Source: Octopus sinensis (Eukaryota). From it: a stretch of DNA of 53,573 nt. The position numbers were made by a program, and so were the translations under genes. Below are positions 45,463 to 53,573 of this stretch, piece by piece. The notes under the pieces were generated by a model. The model worked only from the letters and a program-made list of their open reading frames with translations. It had not been told where the DNA came from and made no database searches. The stretch is from contig NW_021834993.1 of assembly GCF_006345805.1 (NCBI RefSeq), positions 1 through 53,573 of the forward strand. The letters are read 5' to 3'. The first letter of the stretch is position 1; each line of letters begins with the position of its first letter.

Positions 45463-46530
45463 TGAACAAAGAACTGCACCCTAAAAGCGATGTCGAAAGT
45501 ATGTGCCTAGAAATGAGGGAGGAAGTGTTCTCATAGACTGCAAGATCAGTGTTGGCGATGAGGAATACAGTCTGGGATGATGAATCAAACAGGAGATTGA
45601 ACCTTTGATTGTTGCTGTTACAAATAGCAATGCGATACGTAGTGAAAATGTTACGCACCCAAAAGCATTTAAGAAACAAAATGAACAAAGATTGAACAAC
45701 TTGAAAATGAAAAGCGATGCATGGACGATACCCCAGAGAACTGGAAAGGAAAGACAAGACCAACAACTGGAGGTGTCTAAGGAAAAGTGACCTGAAATGA
45801 TGCACTGATGCATTGATATGCAGCGCTCAGGATCGAACTCTAATTACACCAAATTCTAAATAGATAAGAGTGGTAGATCGCCTCTTTGTAGGATGTGTAG
45901 CTGCAAAAACGAAACAATCTCACATATTGGGAGTGAATCAAACAAACTGACACAAAAAGAACACGAAAGAAGTCATGATAACGTAGCAAAGTATGTCCAT
46001 TGGAGATTGTATGAGAAGAGGGGTCTTGAAAGAACATTGAAATGGTAGGAATATAAGGCAAAAGGCGTCACCGAGAACAATGAGTATAAGCATAAGATCT
46101 TTTGAGATTTTACAATCTTGTATGATTCAGTTCTTGATGATCGGAGACCAGACATTGTTGTAGGTGATAAAATAATGAAGGAAACCAAAAGCATAGACGT
46201 TGCCATACCTGGGGAGGTACGAGTGGATGAGAACTGGAAAAGATTGAAGAGTAAAAACGACTAAAAGATGAGATTGCACGAATGGAGGCAAGGAAGAAAA
46301 AGTAGCTGTCATCTCGGTTGTTGCAGCGGGATTTGAGCATTAACAACCAGATTTAAGAAATTTGTTGGGGGAAATTGGGATTGATGTGAAAACTGCTCTA
46401 AAGGGGACGGTGAGGATTTTTATATTGGTACTGGGATATTAAGTATCGTGGAAAGCAGCCCTATTGAGATCCTTGACAACAGGTTGTTGTACGCTCTTAC
46501 AAAATTAGTCAGAGTTCTGAGAAGTAAAAT
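45463..46530 (+). mobile_element. RLE-type LINE copy F (different subfamily), decayed
   Basis: LHPKSDV, CSAQDRTL, CRMCSCKNETISHI, HDNVAKYVHW, RRPDIVV, IDVAIP; (TAA)n on both sides. Confidence 0.8.
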
Positions 46531-46534
46531 AGAA

Positions 46535-46603
<69 letters not shown>

Positions 46604-46619
46604 AATAATAATAATAATG

Positions 46620-46659
<40 letters not shown>

Positions 46660-46661
46660 TG

Positions 46662-46709
<48 letters not shown>

Positions 46710-46723
46710 TAATAAAAATGATG

Positions 46724-46769
<46 letters not shown>

Positions 46770-46771
46770 TG

Positions 46772-46857
<86 letters not shown>

Positions 46858-46879
46858 GAAAAATAATAATAGTGATAGT

Positions 46880-47965
46880 AGTAGCTATAGACTCCTAAGC
46901 AGGTAATAGTGAAGAAAGTTTATTAAAAGCTGTTAGAGTTACAGCAAGACATAGGGATACCAAAATACCAAATGAACTTAAAAACCAGAAAAAAGAACAG
47001 AAATTATCTGAATGACAGGAGAAGGCGTTGCATGGTAGACTCCCAAAGATAGCGTCAGCAAGTAGTAGTCGTGAGACATTGTTATGGCAGCAGAAAGGAA
47101 AGCTGAAGAGGGAGACAGAAAGTTTGTTAGTAGCTGCACAAGATCAAGTATTAAGGACTAATTGGATAAAAGCCAAGATAGACAAAAACCAAGTAAATTC
47201 CCAATGTAGGTTATTTAAATCAAAAGAGAAAATTGTTACTCATATAGTAAGTGAATGTAGCATGCTGGCACAGGAAGAATACAAAAAAAGACATGACAAT
47301 CTAGGGAGAGTAATCCACTAGGATCTATGTAGAAAGCTAGGATTTGAATATACTGATAAATGGTATGAATATGAACCTAGTAAAGTACTAGAAAGTAAGA
47401 AATATAAGATGTTGTGGGACTTTAACATTCAGACTGGCAGAATAATAGAAGCTAGAAGGAGACGATGTGCGACGGGTGACGTGGAGGAAGTCGACGTGAA
47501 CGGTGTTATGTAGTTAGTCGGTGCCACGCAGTGGATGTGAGGCAGTCGAGGTGAGCGATGGTGGACGGACGATTTCGTATGGAACAGTTGATACAGTATT
47601 TGGTTCAGAGTGTGAAGTTGGTTTAAGAGAATAGAACGTGCCAGATACTTGTCTTTACAGTCCCAAATGATGAAAACATTAATATGAGAGGTATAGAAAA
47701 AATGGCAAAGTACCAGGACCTAGCTGTTGAATTACAGAGACTATGGAAAGTGCGGGTAAAATGCATCCCAGTAGTTATAGGTGCATTGGGAACTATCCCT
47801 AAAGATCTTAATAGACGGACAGAAGAGGGACAGCTAGGATACTTAGGAGGGTTCTTGGCATCTAAGGATACTTGTTGTAGTCCGATGTTTACGAAAAGCT
47901 AAGTTTATGAAAACTCGTGCTAAAACTACTGTCTTAGGTATTCTTATTGATAAATGGCAAGAAAA
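46880..47965 (+). mobile_element. RLE-type LINE copy G, decayed, with a foreign 170-bp insert
   Basis: KGKLKRETESLLVAAQDQVLRTN, EYKKRHDN, LWDFNIQT, KYQDLAVELQRLWKVRVKCIPVVIGALGTI. Confidence 0.85.
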
Positions 47966-48003
47966 AACCCTCAATGACAAATTCTCAAAGAGAATATATA
48001 CAT

Positions 48004-48050
<47 letters not shown>

Positions 48051-48079
48051 ACACACACACACACAATTCTTTTATATTT

Positions 48080-48251
48080 TATTCTTTTTTTGTTTCAGTC
48101 ATTTGACTGCGGCCATGCTGGAGCACTGCCTTTAATCGAACAAATCAACCCCAGAAATTATTCTCTGTATTCTGTCGGTCTCTTTTGCCGAATCACTAAT
48201 GTTACAGGGACGTAAACACAAAACCATCGGTTGTCATGTGATGGTGGGGGA

Positions 48252-48260
<9 letters not shown>
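48080..48260 (-). mobile_element. Family A SINE 3' half
   Basis: TGTTTCAGTCATTTGACTGCGGCCATGCTGGAGCAC. Confidence 0.8.
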
Positions 48261-48315
<55 letters not shown>

Positions 48316-48679
48316 TACTCCATTATCTGGAGTAAGAGGAGCAAGAGCACACATGAAAAGGAAAAGTGTTGCTGAAGAGGTCACAATTGTGTGACGAAAG
48401 ATTTCCGGACAGTGGAATGAATTAAATTAATAAAATAAAAAGAGTAATAAACGAGTGAAGAAAAAATATACAGTGCGTGTGTATGTTTGCAAAAAAAAAA
48501 AAGAAAATGACGATTTCACATCAGAAACCTCGCAACACAGATTGATAAACGTATATATATATATGTCGTCATATTAGAATACTCTTATTGTTAAATAAAA
48601 CTTCACCAAAGTATTTTCTGTCCATTGTGATTATACACACACACACACACACACAGACACAGACACAGACACAGACACA

Positions 48680-48730
<51 letters not shown>

Positions 48731-48794
48731 ACACACACACACACACACTCACACATATATATATACAATGCTTACATGCATGCATATATAATAA

Positions 48795-49085
48795 ACACTG
48801 GCCTGTCTTTCCGTCGGTTACGACGACGAGTGTTGCAGTTGATCCGATCGTGCTCGTGAAATTAACGTGCACTCCTCAGATACGTGTACCCTTAACGTGG
48901 TTCTCGGGGACATCCAGTGTGGTACAGAATGTGACAGGGCTGGCCCTTTTGAATTACAAGTAAAGCCTATTTTTGCCAGCTGAGTGGAATGGAGCAACAT
49001 GAAATAAAGTGTCTTGCTCAAGGACACATCGTGCGGTAGGCAATCGAACTCATGGCCTTACGATCACTAGCCGAATACTATATCC
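48795..49085 (-). mobile_element. CORE-type SINE (family C)
   Basis: Minus strand GTGTCCTTGAGCAAGACACTTTATTTCATGTTGCTCC, a CORE-like domain after a tRNA-like head. Confidence 0.75.
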
Positions 49086-49247
49086 TAGTCCCTAAGCCAC
49101 GCGCTGGGTAATATAACGTACTTTCCAAAATATAAATTGTATAATATGTGTAAGATTCAAGAACTACCAGGTGACACTGATGTGCCGAAACGATTGCAGT
49201 GATTTGTGATAAAGTCAGTTCATATCATCTTCTGCTATTAAAATTCT

Positions 49248-49308
<61 letters not shown>

Positions 49309-49400
49309 GATATATATATATATATAGATATATATATATATATATACTCTTATCTTATATTAAACTTTTAATACTTTTTGATAGTTAAATAAAATAAAAT

Positions 49401-49441
<41 letters not shown>

Positions 49442-49658
49442 AAATTTATAAGTTTAAATTATTTAAATAATCTTTTAAATTTTAACTTTAATTTAAATAT
49501 TTTAATTTGGAATTTTATATTTTTTATATTTTATATTTAATATTTTTTAATTAATTTTATTTCTATGTATTGGCTTATGATTTTCACTGTTTGATTTGCC
49601 TAATAGTGGTTTTATCTCTAATTAATATATATATATTATATATATATATATTATATAT

Positions 49659-49700
<42 letters not shown>

Positions 49701-49842
49701 AGAAAATGGAGAAAAAATATATAGTGGATACCGTTTTTATTTGTATCATGATAAAAGTGTAGCTAACCATTTAATAAAATTAAACGGAACATAAATTAAC
49801 AGAAATAAGCATAAAAAGTGCCTACACATGTTTCAATATATG

Positions 49843-49925
<83 letters not shown>

Positions 49926-49931
<6 letters not shown>

Positions 49932-50065
49932 TATATAGAAGGAGCTTCTACAGGACTAGAACTGTTTCATTCAAAATAAATCATCAGGAAGCTCTTGAGC
50001 TTCCTGATGATTTCTTTTGAATGAAACAGTTCTAGTCCTGTAGAAGCTCCTTCTATATAATAAAT
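49926..50065. repeat. 140-bp palindrome (69-bp arms, 1 mismatch, TT loop) of two inverted hammerhead units
   Basis: Direct complementarity of the arms; centre GGAAGCTC-TT-GAGCTTCC. Confidence 0.97.
49997..50049 (+). ncRNA. Type I hammerhead ribozyme fold (mirror copy on minus strand, 49942-49994)
   Basis: GAGCUUC-CUGAUGA-U UUC(UUUU)GAA U-GAA-ACAG(UUCUAGUC)CUGU-A/GAAGCUC: 7-bp stem I, 4-bp stem III, GUA cleavage triplet. Confidence 0.75.
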
Positions 50066-50150
50066 TAATTTACTCTGCTATGTATTGAGTACCTTATTTA
50101 CTGTGGTTAACCCCGACTCAACCCGGGACCTACATATATATATATATAGA

Positions 50151-50218
<68 letters not shown>

Positions 50219-50298
50219 TATGTGTGTGTGTGTGTTGTGTGTGTATGTATGTTTGGTGATGCGAACAGGAAAATGGAACTCAAGACATGAGTATATAG

Positions 50299-50460
50299 GC
50301 GTGGGTGGTTGGTAAGAAGATTACTTCCCAATCACTTAGCTTCGGGTCCAGTCTCACTGCGCAGCAACTTGGGCACGTGTCTTCTACTTTAGTCTTGGGC
50401 CGACCAGAGGACTGTGAGTGGATTTGGTGAACAGAAACTGAAAGAAGCCTGTCGTATATT
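50299..50460 (+). mobile_element. Family A SINE head/CORE
   Basis: GGCGTGGGTGGTTGGTAAGAAG...TTGGGCACGTGTCTTCTAC...GAAACTGAAAGAAGCCTGTCG. Confidence 0.8.
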
Positions 50461-50467
50461 ATATAAT

Positions 50468-50513
<46 letters not shown>

Positions 50514-50783
50514 TATATATATATATATATATTCCTTGGAAGCCATGATTAATTCGCCGGGAGAGAATTTCCCTCATTTTTGTTCCTTGTTTAGTAATGA
50601 AAAATTATTTCGATGATTTCTAGTTGTATAATTTTCGTTGTCATGTCTTTATATAGGATTTAAATAGTAAAATAGTTTTATATAATCCAGACCTGAAGAT
50701 TGGCAGTATAGTCGGATTGATATGGTATTGAATTTCGAGACCTTCTATTTCAGCAATACCGATAGATATATATAGATATATAA

Positions 50784-50888
50784 GTACTTGCTTCGGCAGT
50801 ACATATTCTAAAATTGGATCGATACAGAGGAGATTAGCATGGCCCCTGCGCAAGGATGATAGGCAAATTCGCGAAGCGTTCCATATTT
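50784..50888 (+). pseudogene. U6: Full-length U6 snRNA copy, retroposed pseudogene
   Basis: GTACTTGCTTCGGCAGTACATATTCTAAAATTGGATCGATACAGAGGAGATTAGCATGGCCCCTGCGCAAGGATGATAGGCAAATTCGCGAAGCGTTCCATATTT matches metazoan U6 end to end. About 6 substitutions including ACAGAGA>ACAGAGG, only T3 at the end, and no recognisable U6 promoter upstream. Confidence 0.93.
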
Positions 50889-50893
50889 CAATA

Positions 50894-50945
50894 GGCGGCG
50901 AGCTGGCAGAAACGTTAGCACGTCGGGCGAAATGCGTAGCCGTAT
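50894..50945 (+). mobile_element. 5' 52 nt of a family B SINE (head only, no B-box)
   Basis: GGCGGCGAGCTGGCAGAAACGTTAGCACGTCGGGCGAAATGCGTAGCCGTAT matches the start of the copy at 6500. Confidence 0.9.
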
Positions 50946-52771
50946 GAAAACCAAAGCCATCCCCATTAGAAGAGGAATATTCCAGGGAGACACGCTCTCA
51001 CCACTCCTTTTCTGCTTGGCACTGTCACCTCTATCTGATATGCTAAATAGAACTGGATGCGGATATAAATGTTACGGCAAAACGATCAGCCACCTTTTAT
51101 ATATGGATGACCTAATACTATACGCTGCAAATGACACAGCTGGAAACACTATAAAAGACAGTTCATGGATTTACCAAAGAAATAGATATGAAATTTGGAT
51201 TAGAAAAATGCGCCAAAGTAACCCTGAAAAGAGGAAAACTAGTTAAGAGTAGCAACATCACACTAGATGAAACCAATGAAATAAAAGAACTAGACCAAAG
51301 CCAAACTTACAAATACTTAGGAATCCATGAACTAGATAAGACACAACACACACAAATGAAATAAGAAATAAAAAAAGAATATTATAGACGAGTTAGATCA
51401 ATACTAAAAACAGAGCTCAATGTTAAAAACAAGCTAATAGGTATTAACACTTTAGCTGTCCCAGTTATAAGTTACAGCTACAATATCCTTAACTGGACAC
51501 TAAATGAACTGACCAAAATAGATAGGAAAACAAGAAAAATAATGACAGGATCTAGGATGCATCACCCAAAATCTGATATAGAAAGACTATATATACAACG
51601 TATAGGAGGTGGTAGAGGCCTTATACAGCTGGAAAACTACTATAAAATAACCACCATAGGACTGCAAAAATATCTACTTCAGAAGGAAGGAAAACTGATA
51701 CAAATAGCGGCAAAACACGAGCAAAACAAAAAACTGTTCTCAGTATTTAAGGAAGCTGACAAATACAAACAAGAAATCATACCACCTAATAAATATGAAG
51801 AAGAAGAAGAAGAAGATGAAGAAACAACAAAAGCTATAAAACAAACGAAATCCAAACTAAAAATAGAACAGCAACGAACCATGATAAAACGATGGCAAGA
51901 AGAAAAGCCCCTTCATGGTAAATACTGGACAACTAAACTAAACGCCAAAGAAATAGACAAAGAAAAATCCCAGCAATGGTTTGAGAAGCTCAGGACTCAA
52001 GCAGAGACAGAGGGATTTTTAATTGCAGCACAAGACCAAAGCCTCCCCACCAGAAATTACCAAAAACATGTAATGAAAAGAAATATAACAACTGCAGAAT
52101 ATGTGGAGATGGACAAGAAACAATAAATCATATTATCTCTGGCTGCCCAGTCCTGGCTAAGAAGGAATATATTCACAGACACGACAGAGTTGGGAGCTAT
52201 ATACACTGGAAGCTATGCCAACATTATGGAATAACAATAGAAAAAAGATGGTATAGGCACACACCAGAAAAGGTCACAGAAAACGAGAAAGCATCCATAC
52301 TCTGGGATATGCCGATACACACAGATTGAGAATTAAGGCTAACAGGACGACAGATATAGTTGTCAGAGATCATGAAGAAAAAAATAAAGCTTTCTAATTG
52401 ATGTATCAATACCGGCAGATGACAACGTTTCTCTAAAAGAAAAGAAATGGAGAAACTTTCAAAATACAAAGACCTGGAAATAGAGGTAACCAGAATGTGG
52501 AATCTAAAAACAGAAACAATTAATATCATAGTAGGTGCATTAGGCATGATAAAAAAATATTCAGACAAATACATAACAAAAAACCAGGGACTTACAAACA
52601 CTATAACATACAAGAAAATTGCACTACTAGGCATGCACACATCCTACGTTGAACACTTTCCATACAATAACCATCAGAGCATCACAACAAATCACAGCAC
52701 ATACCCAAGGCACACAGAGCTGCGCTCGTAGTAGGGTGAAGTGAAAGCACGCTATAAAAATAAAACTACTG
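50946..52771 (+). mobile_element. R4/Dong-type RLE LINE copy H, 5'-truncated inside RT, frameshifted
   Basis: IPIRRGIFQGDTLSPLLF, HLLYMDDL, MHHPKSDIERLY..GGGRGL, ICGDGQETINHIISGC, LIDVSIP, 3' UTR, then (AAT)n tail. Confidence 0.95.
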
Positions 52772-52831
52772 AATAATAATAATAACAATAATAATAATAA
52801 TAATAATAATTAATAATATAATAATAATATA

Positions 52832-52877
<46 letters not shown>

Positions 52878-52878
52878 G

Positions 52879-52921
<43 letters not shown>

Positions 52922-52974
52922 TAATATATATGTGTGTGTACGTGCGTTTATATCTATGTGTATGTGTTTCTTTG

Positions 52975-53200
52975 TATCTGTGTTTGTTTCTCATCGTCGG
53001 TTGACAACCAGTGTTGGTGTGTTTACGTCCCCGTAGCCTAGCGGTTCAGCAAAAGACTGACAGAATGAGTATTGGCTGAGAAATTCAGTTCTGGCATTGA
53101 TTTGTTCACTTAAAAAGTCTCTCCAAGGAGGTGCTCCAGCATGGCCATGGTCAAATGACTAAAACAAGTAAAAGAATAAAATATAAAGAATAAAGGAATA
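52975..53200 (+). mobile_element. Family A SINE 3' half
   Basis: TTGACAACCAGTGTTGGTGTGTTTACGTCCCCG...GGTGCTCCAGCATGGCC...AAACAAGTAAAAGAATAAA. Confidence 0.85.
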
Positions 53201-53205
53201 AAGGA

Positions 53206-53260
<55 letters not shown>

Positions 53261-53293
53261 TATATAATATATATATATAAAAGAAATGAAGAA

Positions 53294-53573
53294 ATGCTGA
53301 CAAAAATAATTAGTAAGAGAGTGTATTTAATTAGGTGAAAGTTCTTTTACCGGTTGCGCATTTGTTATGCTTATCAAAAGATATTTTTAAGAGAGATAGA
53401 GTTCCTTTCTGATAGATTTTTCTCTTATCGGATAAGAGAAAAAAATCTATCAGAAAGGAACTCTATCTCTCTTAAAAAAATATCTTTTGATAAGCATAAC
53501 AAATGCGCAACCGGTAAAAAGAACTTTCACCTAATTAATACACTCTCTCTTACTTAAATTATTTTGTCAGCAT
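53294..53573. repeat. Long palindrome (arms at least 136 bp, centre 53430, runs to the window edge) with variant hammerhead-like motifs
   Basis: ATGCTGACA...TCTCTTATC-G-GATAAGAGA...TGTCAGCAT, with a few small indels between the arms. Confidence 0.95.

Noticed and set aside
50784-50888. U6 as a functional snRNA gene
   Set aside because: ACAGAGA box mutated, no T4+ terminator, upstream is another repeat rather than a PSE/TATA promoter, and it is fused to retroelement sequence.

Overview
This is repeat-dominated, AT-rich animal genomic DNA. The SINE families and extreme microsatellite load suggest a cephalopod, probably Octopus (inference, not checked by search). Almost every ORF in the supplied track is a translation artefact of simple repeats. 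Supportable content: (i) about nine decayed copies of restriction-like-endonuclease (RLE) non-LTR retrotransposons of the R4/Dong type, mostly on the + strand and mostly next to (TAA)n arrays; (ii) one full-length but frameshifted mariner, an older broken mariner, a CR1 3' fragment, a TIR MITE and a Helitron-like element; (iii) many tRNA-derived SINEs; (iv) a full-length U6 snRNA pseudogene fused to a SINE head and a 5'-truncated R4/Dong LINE; (v) several hammerhead-ribozyme (HHR) folds of the Penelope-like-element type, four of them arranged as head-to-head palindromes beside (TA)n; (vi) a 2-kb degenerate array rich in CACGTG; (vii) a CpG-rich promoter-like region near 36 kb and a few candidate micro-exons. 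No complete host gene can be called. The best leads are the U6-SINE-LINE chimera and the palindromic hammerhead pairs. All folds were read by eye and no activity is shown.
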